Made by a program: the position numbers and the translations under genes. DNA of 57,808 nt, the filler included, from Sphacelaria rigidula (taxonomy: Eukaryota): the NCBI GenBank assembly GCA_964200075.2. It is 6 parts of 6 records of this genome, joined end to end, with 100 filler letters (N's around TTAATTAATTAA, not from the genome) between each part and the next. Parts side by side here need not be neighbours in the genome. Positions count along the whole stretch, not along the records: positions 1 to 9,552 come from CAXNAA020008243.1; positions 9,653 to 19,204 come from CAXNAA020008244.1; 4 more parts are not named here. One strand, 5' to 3'. Below, piece by piece: positions 1 to 12,900 of this stretch (positions are counted from its first letter, which is position 1; the number at the start of each line of letters is the position of its first letter). The notes beneath the pieces are model-generated. The model was not told the DNA's origin, did no database searches, and worked only from the letters and a program-made list of their open reading frames with translations.

Positions 1-631
1 CCCGGCTTGAAAGGGGCAGTTGAAACAATGGTAAACCGTGTGGGACCAAAACTCACTAAGTCCCCCCCCCCCCCCCCCCCCAATATATATGCTTCGGGGA
101 CGCAAAATGTTCACGTCAATCGAAATGGAAAAAGCCGAGCACAACGAGCAGCTGGGGATTCTCACGCTTGGGTTCGTTTTCGCTAATGTCGCCTATATGA
201 GGCGTTTCATGCAGCCTGAACCGAAACATCAGGCGCTGTATGGCCATTTTTTTCGCGTCACTTTCGGGCTAGTTTTGGGGGGGTCTATCGTAGAAAGTGT
301 CGACCAGCGCTCATCAATGTAGGAAATGACATCTCAGGCGTTCGCACTCTGGGTACAGTGTTAGAAACGAAGATGTCGACCCATGGTAAGGAATTGATCT
401 CTGTGAAATACTCCACATGCTGGAGCCTTATTCGTTTTTTTGTCCCCGGGTACAACTCCTGACGGTCCACATGGATGGGTCAAAAAGGAGTTTCATGTCT
501 CACTCGCGCTGACCGCCTATCTTTCGCCATGAACCGAGGCGAGCCACACGACGAAGAGTCACACATCGCTAGGTCTGACACTCACTCTCATCCCGTTCCT
601 CATACCCTCGTGGGCCTACTCCGTTGGGCAG

Positions 632-3600
632 TACCTCTCTTACGTTTGAGCCCGGAGTGGTTGAGCTGTCGTTTATACTGGGCATCCACCCAGACGGGAA
701 CCCCGAACAAGACGAGTTCTTTGATCTATTCTTGGAGTCCCCATCGGGAGGAGCCCGATTGGGGGCACAGCAACGTACGAGGGTCACGGTGTTAGATGCA
801 GACGGCAACGGGACTACTACAGACTACGCCCACACAACCACGACGGACTTTGTCTCTCCGGCGGATTGGACCGTGGGAGCATCGTTCGACTCATACAGGT
901 CGGTCCGTCGACCGAAGGATTGGCCTATAGCGTCTTGGGGATCGCCTCGACGTGTGTGGGATTAGGATGAGGGTTAGGGGAAGCGGGGGGGCGTACTCAT
1001 TTGTTGCTTGCCTTATTCGTTTGACCATTGACCGCACATCCCTTTCGAGACGGAGCACCGTTCCTACTCCGAATAGAGACACCTCCAAAATTCAGGCGCT
1101 CATTACGTTTCTTCCATACATGACACAAACACCGTTCACGTGTCTTATCCCCGTCCTGTTTCGCCGTCTAGCGTAAAGTAGTGTGCGGATTGAGTTTAGA
1201 TTGGGCTGAGGATCGGGGTAGCCCCTCCCTGCGCATGGGGCCGCGTTTTGGAACAATGCCAGCCATTGAGCTTCAATACCGATAACCCCGATGCTATGGC
1301 TGAGTAACTTCTCTGTGTTTGCGAGCACCAACCGCGATGGCAATATCCCATGTAATTGTGGTCGTCGATCCTTGACTGATGCAGAATGGCGTTACGACGA
1401 ATACCGGAGCAGTATTTTCACATACTTCCAGTGGGCGATCTAAAGTTGATTTGTGCTGTTTTGCGGCCCAGAGTTTCAGCACTTCGAATCGTCGCCGAGT
1501 TTATTTCTTCCAAGCCTCGATGAAAACTAGAAAACTCTGTCTGCCGTTGTATCTTGTTTTGCCTGCCGATTTGTACATTCAACGTGGAACACACGAGCCT
1601 GATACGCACTTTGACGTAGCAACTCGACGTAAATCTCAGCCTGCTGCCGCCTTTCATGTGCTTCTCGCTTGAACTCTCTAAAACGTTTGCGCAGCGATGA
1701 TGCCGACGAGGCACAGACACGGATTACGGCCGGGGCGGTAACGAACTTCACTTTGGTGGCGCGGGATGCCCTCGGAAGAGAGAGGGGGGAAGGGGGTGAC
1801 GTATTTGCTGTCTGGGCCGAAGGACGGACTGACCAGGTGAGGATCAAAAGCGGCAGGATTTCTGCAGAAATAACCTCCTGGTCGACAAACATGTGTCGAT
1901 GTTGCCTGAATGTTGAATTCAACCTCAGCGGCGGGCTTGATCGACCACATCCTGGTCATTCCTGCGATTTTCGGGCTCATAATGTGCGCAAACTGAGCGG
2001 TGTTGAGTGTCTCGCGTTATAAAATTCGACGGGTACAGAAGTGCCGTACAAAAATGCGAGCTCAGACCTTGTCCTGTCGTTTCTCACTGTCCTGTAAAGG
2101 CTGCACTGCGTTCGGCGGCTGTTTCGGGTTATTCCTCCGCGACCGAGGAGTACACGCATGTGGAGGACTTGCATACCGGCAACTACACCATCCGCTACAG
2201 AGTGAGTCGGGGAAATGCCATCACAGGCGGCCATCGAATTTGGATCGAAGCCATTGTAAACTGCAACAAAGCTGAATCATTCTCTACTGGAACAAAGCTG
2301 AATAATCATCTGCTACACTGAAACTAAATATCTAATCGCCATACTTGCTGCGTTTGAGTGCGGAGAGCCATAGAGGCTCGAACTTTCCACGACACCGGTG
2401 AGGAGAAATGACCCGAAGCTGAAGCGTACCGTATGTCCAACGCGCCGTGTGCAAGTCCAGGAAACGCCGACGCAAACCATGTTGCAGCTCTATTCATAAT
2501 ACTCTTTCACAGACATTCCGCGCCGTGCTCCCACGTTCGCAGGGGAGCGAGTTCATCGCTGATACCTCACATAAAGAAAATGCAGCAGAATTTCGCAATC
2601 GTCAAATCTCGTCGCCAGACTGCTCGGTCGAAATACGCGTACAATACACCAAAAACGCCTTACCGTTGTGCATGGCTGGGAACGCTGTCTCACACATGCA
2701 GCAGTGGCCACCTCCGCCAGCATGCAGGACATACTCTTAATCAAAAGCTCGTCACCCCCCATCTGCTTCACATTTACATCATGATTTGGATTTTCAGATA
2801 GATGTCGCGGGGGATTACTTGCTGCACGTGGCGCTCTGTCGCCCCGGAGGGTTGATGGGGAGCTACTTCAGCGATTCGTTTTTCCAAAACATGGACTTTC
2901 AAAGAGTAGACAGGCGAGTGGTCGAGGAAAGCATGGAGATAGGCAAATTGGCGTGGGTTGGCCATTCAGTGTCAACTAGCGTCTCCGAACCAAATGGTGT
3001 GCAAATCTCTATAGCGTAGCTGCTTTCTGCAACCTGAGGCTCAGCAGTGGGTCGCAGCCTGTAAATAGGCTTCACTTTCTCTACGCAACGTCGCGGAGTT
3101 AGCAATGTGGATTGATGGGAGGTGTCGGTAAATCGATCCCATGTAGAACAGGATGTTTTCAGAAGATAGTAATCGAGAGAGATGGCGAAGGAGTCAATGT
3201 AGGATTTTCGCCAACGACAACCTACTGTAACGCAACGTGGGGGCCACCTCAGCGTCAACATCACAGCGCCAATCATCTTCGTCCAAGGTCGCCACGTACT
3301 CTCATGTTAAATTACTCTCAGCTCCTAGCTAGTTGAGCTGCAGGTACACTTTCCTACACGTCAATAGGATAATTTGACGCATGATAGTGGCACATGCCCG
3401 CAGCTGTTTGACGGACCACCGCGCCCCAAAATGCCAACTTTCACCGCACACGCCAACCTCGCCTTGGCGCCCGCTCTCCCCTCTCTGCCCCTCACCTCAC
3501 CGCCTCGAAAACGACTTCAGAGTAATGAACTTCACGTGGGGTACCGGAGCCGTGGTGGGGTTTGCTACAGACTTTGTAGGCGTTCGATGGATAGGGAAAA

Positions 3601-6600
3601 TTTTGTCGGATTTCAGCGAAACGTTCGAGTTCGATTTGCGTGTCGGCAGTGGTGGCAGCAACAGTACGGACTGGAGTACGGGGGGTGATGGCGCGAGAAT
3701 GTGGATAGATAACGTGGTCGTTATCGACTGGTTCGAAAAAGTAGCGGTTGTTGGTGATGGTGATCAAGCGAGGTATGCAGGAGGAGGAACCGCGCTGGTG
3801 AATCTCACCGCCGGGGCTCTGCATGACGTCACCATAGAATACAGGTACGGGAGGTGCACTTAGTGTGGGTTTGAAGGAGAAATTAAAACCCATATATTGA
3901 AGTACCTGTGCCCGAAGTATATCGACGAAAAGTGGCTCATGTTGTCTGGCAAACTGGTTGGTGTCCCTCTCAGCTTATTCCATCGTACAGGTTTGAATTT
4001 CCGTGAGTTAATCATTTGAAGGGGGTTATGATGACAAGCGCCGACGGCACTATTCCGGTGTTTCCCCGTCAGTATAAATCCATTATCCTGCTAGCATCAA
4101 TTTATATATATATATATATATATATATTTTTATCTGTTCGCACCATTTCTCCCAGAACTCATGCCCCCCCCCCCCTCCCTTGGCCCCGAACGTCGATTTT
4201 TTCGGGGGGAAATACGAATCTATCATTGATGTTTTGCACTTTCAACGCCCAAAATCTAGACACAAAAAATCGTCACAAGTTCAGGGCACAACCAGCTCGG
4301 TATAGTAGCGCGTGCCGCCGTTCCAACGAACCACAGCACCGTCTGCACGGATCGCAACATTGGTGCCACCACCTATATTCTAGCAGGGCTATTCGTGCTT
4401 TTCTATGCGTAATGTTTTGCGATGCGATGGACAATAATACAATGACACGCGTAGCACCTTTCCCCCCTTCCCCCTCCTATCAGGTCTTCGGCAGAAATGC
4501 GGATCTTGTGTCATGACTCCTGCCAAGTGTAGTTACTACCTCCCTCGATCTACCTACCTACATAGCGTGGGATCGTTCTATTTTGCCCTCTTTATCTCGC
4601 ATTTGTCGCAGCGAGAGACGGGGCGATGCCTCACTGTACTTAGCTTGGTCCAGCTCCAGCGTGCCGCACGAGATCGTGCCTCCAGCCAACCTCTTCTGGT
4701 GAGCGAACGAAACGCAACCTTACGCATACCTTTTCGTGCTTGAAAGGAATGGCATTGCCGGTTTCGGATACCGCGTGAGCTATTATAGACGGCTTGTTTC
4801 CTGTTCAATGCCCCTTCCGCGCGAACGCAGCAGCCCCCAACACACCCAACATCGCACCTGTTCCGTACGCACAGGCACCACATGTACGACATACGAAGGT
4901 ACCTTCTGGGGCGCGTGACGGTTGAGAACATGGGAATTTGTCGAAGGTTATCGACCATTAGCACTCCCATGTGTCTCGCATCAAGCAACTGACCTTTCGG
5001 TGGAGTCGACAAGCAGAGTTTATGTCACTCCGCAGCGGGTTTACCAACCTTCCTCCGCGAAACTCCCTCCCCTGCGCCCTTGTGTTCGGCGTCGGTCAGG
5101 ATGAGAGAGGTAGGCGATAGTCCACACAGTCTACAAGTTACGTCTGCGACTACAGACGGGGCCAGGAGTGAAGCTTTCGGCGACGGTACCATATCTTCCC
5201 TGGCAGCTTTGCCGTCCACTTTCACCATCGTCCCAAGGTGCGCCAAAGACACGCAGAACCACAGGGCATCCCCTGTGTACGCGGTAATGCTTGTCGATTT
5301 CTTCCTGCGGCCGCAGGTTGTATCAAACTTCCTAGGTTGCCTCTGGGGTTTGTCTCGCAGCTACTAGCCTCGATTTCCCCAAATCATGGCCTCCTACATC
5401 AAGAGTAGTTCAGCCATTACTAAATGCCAGGACACGCCGACGACATGCTTGTCGCAAAAGTGTACCATGGCCTACATGCAATAGCAACCGTTACTTTCAT
5501 CTGTCATCCGAGCAAAGTAGCATTTGATGTATGATGTGCAGCCTCTGCAAACCATTCAGCACCACCTCCCTCCTGCCTTGCCTATTTGGTCTCGGCCGTG
5601 CCTCTCCGCAAAACATGTATATCTGGAAAAACGAAAAAGGGATGAGTTCGGAAATTTGCGGATTGACGAGACCGATCCTGACGTGACGAAATCGGCGCAC
5701 TTCTCAGCAGTCCTTGAAGCTATGGATTATAATGACAACAGCGGCAGCGACGGCGAGCATACCCTGGGAGGGGTGTATGGGGCAGCGGGCACCGGTGGAA
5801 GGGTAGTAACGGCAAGCTTGGATATCGTTCAAGAGGTCGATGAATCCGAAGTCTTCTTAGCGACCTACGTGCCATTCGTTGCCGGCACTCACTCGCTCAA
5901 CGTTACCTATCAGGTATTGACGTTTCTTGTTAGACAAAACATCGTCCGATTGGCCTACGGTTGGTTGATACGTAGGATTGGACTCTCGAGTTTTCTCATC
6001 ACCGCGTCTTGACTTGCTCAAACAAAGCCTATACCACGATCGTTTCCGAGGTGCTAGGGCCTCACATTCAAATCAAGAAAATGAGCGAGAATCGAGAGTT
6101 TCTGAGATATCATGACCCCGTTTCTACCTTCCGAAAAGTGCTGTTTTCACGTGTGTATCATTTTACCATAGCAAGCATCTAATCATCCCCGTTCACTTTC
6201 TGCCTCAACAACTGACGGCTGAGTCATTATCTACCCCGCCTCGTACTCCATCGTACCCTAGTACTCGGTATTTCAATTTCCGGACAATGACTACTTCCGT
6301 TACATCTCCTTCCCCTCGAACCTGCCCCGGTTGATGCCCTGTGCCGGATGATCATCTTTGTAGGAGTGGCTGTTCGAGACCAAGACGCATGTGAAAGGGA
6401 GCCCATTCACGGTATCAGTGTCGCCGGGGGAGGCATTTGGGCGCCGCAGCAATGCCTGGGGTGGAATTTTGAGTGATGGAAACACTACGGCAGGTCTAGC
6501 TGCCAACGTCACGGTTCAAGCCCGAGATGTCGTTGGTAACTATTTACTTACGGGTGGAAACGAGCTCGCTGTCTACGCTTTCCATACGGGGGCTGAGGTG

Positions 6601-9248
6601 GGTTCCGCATATCGCGGTGAGTCAAAATACTTCGAATCGGGTGTGTCAAGAGCTGGGGGGAGGTAAGCTCAAGAGGGTGCTCGATTTTCACGTGAGATCC
6701 TTTAGTGCTGAAAGTATGATCAGATTTAACGGTGCTCGTCACAAAGCGGACACCGCGAAGTTGTACAGATTTGCGGCAGATAATGTCAAATCTTTATCGC
6801 ATTAGATAGCCACAGTAGTGTCCCGTCCTTGTATCGGTTACCGTTCCGCACTTGTCCTTCAGGCGTATGCGGCAGGATCCGTTTCCGATCTCGATAACGG
6901 GACGTATGTTGCGTCGATCACTCCAACGATGGCGGGGAGCTACACCCTCGCCTTGTCGCTGGATCAGCAGGTATTTTCGTCACGCTGCCAACGACGTACG
7001 TGGTAGCCGCTGTTGCATCTTGTCGCCTCCGTATGGGCATGAAAGCGAGGAGTTTCACTTGACTGCGACTTAGCAGGACTAATCGCGTGACGAATACGTA
7101 CATCAAGTCCTGGCGGCGGGGCCAAACAATGAGGAACTGAAAAGGGATTCTAAAGAGAGGGGGAAAACGATAGCTCGAAAAGACAATGCTGTCTTTGGCC
7201 GAGGTGATCTACAGAAGAAGGGTACGATCGCTCGAACATTTCGTCAAATTATTTCATTATTTTTTCTCAACAACATCCACGGTGAGGAACATACACCGGG
7301 TATCTTCTTCACTTCCGGCGATTGATCCGTATCCATCTTACACTATCGCCGCTAATGCGTGTGCCGACAGGAAGTGGCGGATAGCCCGTATGCTTTGGTG
7401 GTGAGCCCGGGTGATGCCTACGGTCCCAGGTCGGAAGCATACGGCACGGGAGTGACGACAGCCGTGGCCACCCTTGATAACACATTTTACGTCCAGGCAA
7501 GATGCACCGTAACCAGCGATGAAACGCGAGGTTGTGCTTCAGATCAAGGGTTGAGTTGTTGGGTTGAAAAAAATCAACATCTCGATTCCTCAGACGGGGT
7601 ACAGAGAGTAATCACACGCAAACCTCAACCATGCCATCGCTATTCGGTAGTCGTGAATCTGTCATTCTATCACGACTACCCCGCACTACCTCAGCATATC
7701 ACCTTCCATGTCACTGCATATAGTCCACGCAAAAAAGGATGGCGATGCCGTGCTACATACAACGCCCACCCGCGGCTCTGCCGCATCTTTACGACCGTGT
7801 GTGTTAAGATTCGTAACCTTTGTAGTGAAGATTCAACGTCGGAATTCCTCTCGGTTTCTGTTCAACGCAGGCAAAGGATCGTTGGGGAAACGATCTGTGG
7901 GCGCCAGATTTCAACGTCTCTGCCGAACTATATATCGTTGTCAACTCTACTGTGGAAGACGGCGCTAGTGAAAACGGCACGACAGTAGCTACTGCTGAAA
8001 ACGACACCGTCACCGTCGCGGAAGCATCGTCAGTGACGTTCCTTAATAACGGTTCTGGCATCGCACTGGTTACGTACGTACCAGCGGAGTCGCGGCCCAG
8101 CGTCTTGCAAGGTGATTGGGCGCGATTTCAGTGTTTTGGCGATCATCGTGCTAGAGCAACCGTTTGGCCCTATCCAAATGTCAGTATGGAGACGTTCGCA
8201 AATTTCGGCGCACGTACTGCCAGTGGACAGGGGCATTGTCTCATGCAGCAAGCCGCGCACTTTCCCAGAGATTTCATTAGATGCCATCAACTGGGCGTAT
8301 GAGTTTCTGCTCCGATCACACGGCTGCACAAGGTTTTGAAACATTTGGACATTCGAAACCCTGTCGTTGGGCCACAACACCGTGCGTAGATTAAGTATCA
8401 GTCGCTTTGATCGTACTAATTCATGAGAACTCGAACGAAATTTGCTCTTCGATTCGTTGATCCTCACAAACTGAGGGGGTAGACGATACAACGAGTACTC
8501 CACGAAGTGTCTTGATTTTTGGAAGGTGGATCTGCTGTATCAGTGTGCCCTACATGCACGATACCACTCCACGTTCCTCGTATTGGTACGTGTATGATAG
8601 TACCCCATGTTGGTATGACGCATCCGTCTTTTTCAAACTCAGATATTATTTTGACGTCTTATGCAACTCCTCGGGATTTTGCAGTCGATGGCCCGTTTCG
8701 GCATGGACTACACACAAAGGTCGGGGACTGAGCACGATTGCATGATCGATTCTCCTATGTTCCTGCAAAGGGTGACTCGTTTCACAACGTACGGGTCATG
8801 AACGCACTCACCACACGGTGTGCATGTGATCGTTCACGACAGTACTCCTGCCCTCCGATTTCTTCGCTCCGTCCTACCGTAATCCTAGTCCGTGTCAACG
8901 GCCTACAGGTATCTGGCAGCCCATTTGTAGTAGACGTCACAGCCGGGCCACCTCGTGGTGCCAATTCTACTGTTTCGGGATCAGCTTTGGCACTTGCCAC
9001 CGCGGGACAGAACGCGTCGTTTGTGATTCAGGCACGTGACGGCGAAGCTAACCCCACCACTAAGGCAGACGGCTATGATCTCGAGAGCGAGGCTTCCGCG
9101 GAAGACGGGGCCGAAGACGATGTCTCGGATACAGGAGACAGTGCGGTATTTAACGTCACTCTCACGGAAGTTGGGAATTCTACGGAAATTGGAAACGCTA
9201 CGGAAATTGGAAACGCTACGGTTGTTTGGGCCTCTGTGCTGCCGCTAG
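632..9248 (+). CDS. Partial multi-exon gene: large, probably extracellular protein with Calx-beta, filamin/ABP280 (Ig-like) repeats and a PA14 domain. Exons 632-898, 1695-1836, 2100-2201, 2798-2913, 3521-3844, 4612-4698, 5100-5237, 5640-5913, 6364-6597, 6863-6970, 7371-7496, 7871-8111, 8889-9248 (~839 aa; both ends missing)
   Basis: All 13 exons join in phase with AG acceptors and GT donors, plus two GC donors. Calx-beta motif LTFEPG...EQDEFFDLFLESPSGGARLG...VTVLDAD. Filamin motifs FTLVARDALG, FTIVPRDEFGN, VQARDVVGN, YVQAKDRWGN, VIQARDG, DLDNGTYVASITP and GSPF. PA14 motifs GGLMGSYF..RVDRVMNFTWG..GVRWIG..DGARMWID..HDVTIEY..LYLAWSS. Confidence 0.9.
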
Positions 9249-9420
9249 GTGAGCCTAACATTTCGGTACAGCACCCGCTCCCCTACTAGCATTCAATAGG
9301 CATTGCGCGGACACAGTTCAGGTAGCTATCGATAGAGTTTGGAACGCCGGATGAGACGCCCAAACCTTTTTACGGAGTACATCGCTCAAATATCGTGACT
9401 GACGACATGTATTCCGCCAC

Positions 9421-9552
9421 GCCCCGGTGGTGTAATGGTCCGACTGTCGCCATCAGGGTGGAGAGAACGAGGGTTCGATTCCCGATCCGTTGAGTTTTTT
9501 CTTCGTAATGTATGATTTCCACCGTGGAAGGCGGGAAAACGTGAGTAAACAA
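9421..9552 (+). mobile_element. SINE family 2 head, cut by the contig end
   Basis: GCCCCGGTGGTGTAATGGTCCGACTGTCGCC..GGTTCGATTCCC. Confidence 0.82.
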
Positions 9553-9652
9553 NNNNNNNNNNNNNNNNNNNNNNNNNNNNNNNNNNNNNNNNNNNNTTAA
9601 TTAATTAANNNNNNNNNNNNNNNNNNNNNNNNNNNNNNNNNNNNNNNNNNNN
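9553..9652. other. Artificial contig linker N44-TTAATTAATTAA-N44
   Basis: Exactly 100 bp, stops in all six frames, identical at five sites. Confidence 0.98.
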
Positions 9653-9935
9653 ACCGAACACACCACGTTGCTTCGCGCTTGGCGATTGAGTGCGAGCCTG
9701 GTCCGGCGAAAACCCGGCGTGCCCCGTCCCGGGTTTGGAGGGATGCGAGGTCAATGGTCCGACGACTATGGCGTGCATGATCATGAGTACACCCCGTTTT
9801 GTTCGTGTGTCATTTTCCAATTTTGGATCCGCTTTTGAGTAATTTTGGGAACAGACAAATTGAATCCGTGCTGTCGTGCGTTCTGCTTCCGTGTGTTTGG
9901 CTGCATTTTTCCTTGTTTGATCATGTATCGGGCAG

Positions 9936-12900
9936 GTCATATCGGGCCCCCGAGGTGATGTTGGGGCTTCCTTACGGAGCGAAGGTGGACATGGTGAGAG
10001 CAGCATCTCGCGGCGGCCACAGTAAATAAATTCCAGTGAATCACGTCTTTCCTATTTTTTCACCTCGTCCGGACAGTCATTTTTTTGCCGTCAATCACGT
10101 TGGGTTGCGTCATGTTTCGTCAGAGGGCGCCGGGGCAGGGAAATCCCGAGCCGCGAGGGCACAAGCTCAATCGCACTTGAGCCCACTATGCACAGATGAG
10201 TTACGTACCTGGCACATGTTATTTTTATAGCCGATGGCGGCACACTTGTAGTATCGGTGCTTCTTGTCTATAAGGTACAGGGTGCGATATATCGACATAC
10301 GATATGCTATGAATCGATATACAACATGCGATTCATCGATATACGACATACGAGACATCAATGCACGACATGCGATATACAAAAACATATAGGATGTGCG
10401 AGTCATCGTATCTCTGTTTCTACATACTGGAGGCTTTGTTTGGAGCAACCAACCCCATTCTGCAATTTGGGCATTCTTTGCTGCCGTGACAAGACGGTCT
10501 CCGTTGTGTTCAGTGCAGGGAAGAACGTTCTTCAACTTGTGCCCGAGTCAATGGTTCCTACTCGTTTCATTTCCCTCTGGTACTTTTTTGTGGGCGGGGT
10601 GGGCTCCCTGGGACTAACAGCGCCCTTGCTGTTCCACCCATTGGGTGACCCGTGATGGTTTCTTCCGCGTTTAGGACGAAAAGACCCGTGATGGTTTCTT
10701 CGACCTGATTGCCCAAAAGGGAGAAAAAAAGTTGACCGCTGGTCCAAGGGGTATCCACGCAACCTTTGCGCCATTCCACGTGTCTGGGCTGCGTGTACCG
10801 AGGTTGCAACGCTGAAAACAAAGCCTGAGGGATTGATTCGTGCGAGTTGAATCAGTTATACTAAAACCAAGTGATTTCCAGACGAATCATTATTTGTCCG
10901 ACCCTTGGTTCCTTCGTTGGGGCGAGCAAAAGCGACCACGTTGTGTACGTGAAGGCTGTTGGCCCTTTCGTGGTTTGATACCAGTACAGTACCTGGTTTC
11001 CCATTTCTTCCGTTTTTGTTGATGGCTGTTCTGGTGCTTCGCGTTTTTATTTTTATTACCATCTTCCCCCAACGGTAGTGGTCGCTCGGAGCGGTGGTGG
11101 CGGAGCTGGTAACAGGCCAAGTGCTGCTTCAGAGCGAATCGGTGCAGGTGCGTATCTGTGGGGGGTCGTTGCTGTAGACGTTGCTGCACGTTATTTCGAA
11201 TATTTTGTTGCTGAGTCGCTATTTCTCCGCAGGTGATGGTCTGGTCAAATTCTGTGGTCTGCGTTTTGTGTTTTGTCTTGTCTGTGTGTACTTGTATGTT
11301 GCTTCCAGTCGCTGATTACGTATTTCTCGTTGTCGTGGGGACCGGTGTCCACGGTGAAAAACATGGAGCCATCATGATTTTGCATTTTACAGTGTAAGAA
11401 ATGCAAGTTCCCGAAAGGAGATCATGATTCTCTACACACACACATATATATATAGAGGGAGATATATATAGATACACACTCCGTCCCCTTTCCCGGGACG
11501 AGTCCATGGTCTCGAGAGATCATCCCATCTCTCCCCCGGTATATAGCAACGGCAAAATGAGGTTCGTCGACGAATAAGTGCCCTTGGTACGCTCCCTAAA
11601 GAATATCCTCCCAGTACCTCAAGACTCTCCCCCCCTCCACGTTCCGTCTCGAAAGGGATGCGTGGTCAATGGTCAAATGACTAAGGCAAGCAACAAATGA
11701 GTACCCCCCCCCCTCCACGTTCCGCCCTCTCGTCTTTTGACTCCCACCACCACTACCTGCTGCAGACAATGCTCGCCCGGATGCAAGGCATCGTGGGCGA
11801 ATTCCCTGATTGGATGCTGGCAGAGGGCGACGAGGCACACAAGTACTTCACACCTGAAGGCTGTATCTACCTGAGGATGGACGATTCCGGTATGATGCCG
11901 TTGTTCGCTGTGACGACAGTGAGGCCACGCAACTTTCCCAAAGTTGTGTTTTGTAGGGCACGGTGAATGAAGAGCTTCAGAAAACACTCGGGATGCACGA
12001 ACTACGGCAGCGATTTGAGATACTCTTACTCGCTGATAGTCAAGACGCCTGTATCCCGTAACTCACTCACCTCGAGCTTACTCCACACCCCACTCCCGTT
12101 GCTTAGTCGTGCTTGCACTTGCCATTGTATCTTGGCTGCTTCCTGCACACTGAGACTCCCAACTGACTCACCCACACGGTCACAGCACATATGTTCCGAA
12201 AAGGCTTCAAGATACTTGAAGCGCAATCCAGATCTGGGGAAATTCTATCCGCGAGTCATGCTACGATAGGGGGGAGGTGTTTGATTTCACGAAAACATAG
12301 GCTCATGAATGCTTCAGACGACCTGAACACAATCGCGGTGCGCTTGTAGTTGGGTAAAAGCGGTGTCAAGCGGTATGAATGACCGCTGTTTATCGGAAGC
12401 AAGCGCGTATGAACAACTCTTGATTCTATTAACGACGATTTCGAGTAGAATTTCGTGGAAGAAAACGGCCCAGCGTATCCCCCCCCCTTTGTAGTCTGGT
12501 TTGACACTCATGAGGCAGTGTAGAAGCCGTGGCTGTCGCTGGAAGTGGCGATACCACAGAATAAAGCAACTAATTGTAGGCAGTCATCCAAATGCAAGAT
12601 AATCAGTAGTAGGCTTCGGGCCGAAAAACCTCAGCAAGATGCACCTTACCCTTCATGCAACTTGCCAAACACACCACGGCGCTTCGCGCTTGGTGGTATA
12701 AGTGCAAGCCTGGTCCGGCGAAAACTCGGCGTGCTCCGTTCCGGCTTTGTAGGGATGCAAGGTCAATGGTCTTACGACTATGGCATGCATGATCATGAGT
12801 ACACCCCCTGTCGTAGCATGATCCCCACTTCTGCACAAAAGCCCGATTATTTTCAACCCCAGAATCGAACATTTTGTCGGGTACAGTTTTTCGCGTACCC

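Noticed and set aside
9597-9608. TTAATTAATTAA recurring every ~9.65 kb as a biological periodic signal
   Set aside because: Always centred in N44 pads; it is an assembly linker
9653-9795. 5S rRNA or SRP RNA origin of the C-run element
   Set aside because: No match to the conserved 5S internal control region or SRP helix motifs by eye
8889-9993. Filamin/PA14 ectodomain fused to the kinase as a receptor kinase
   Set aside because: They lie on different contigs across an artificial linker, the kinase N-lobe is absent, and the exon phases do not match
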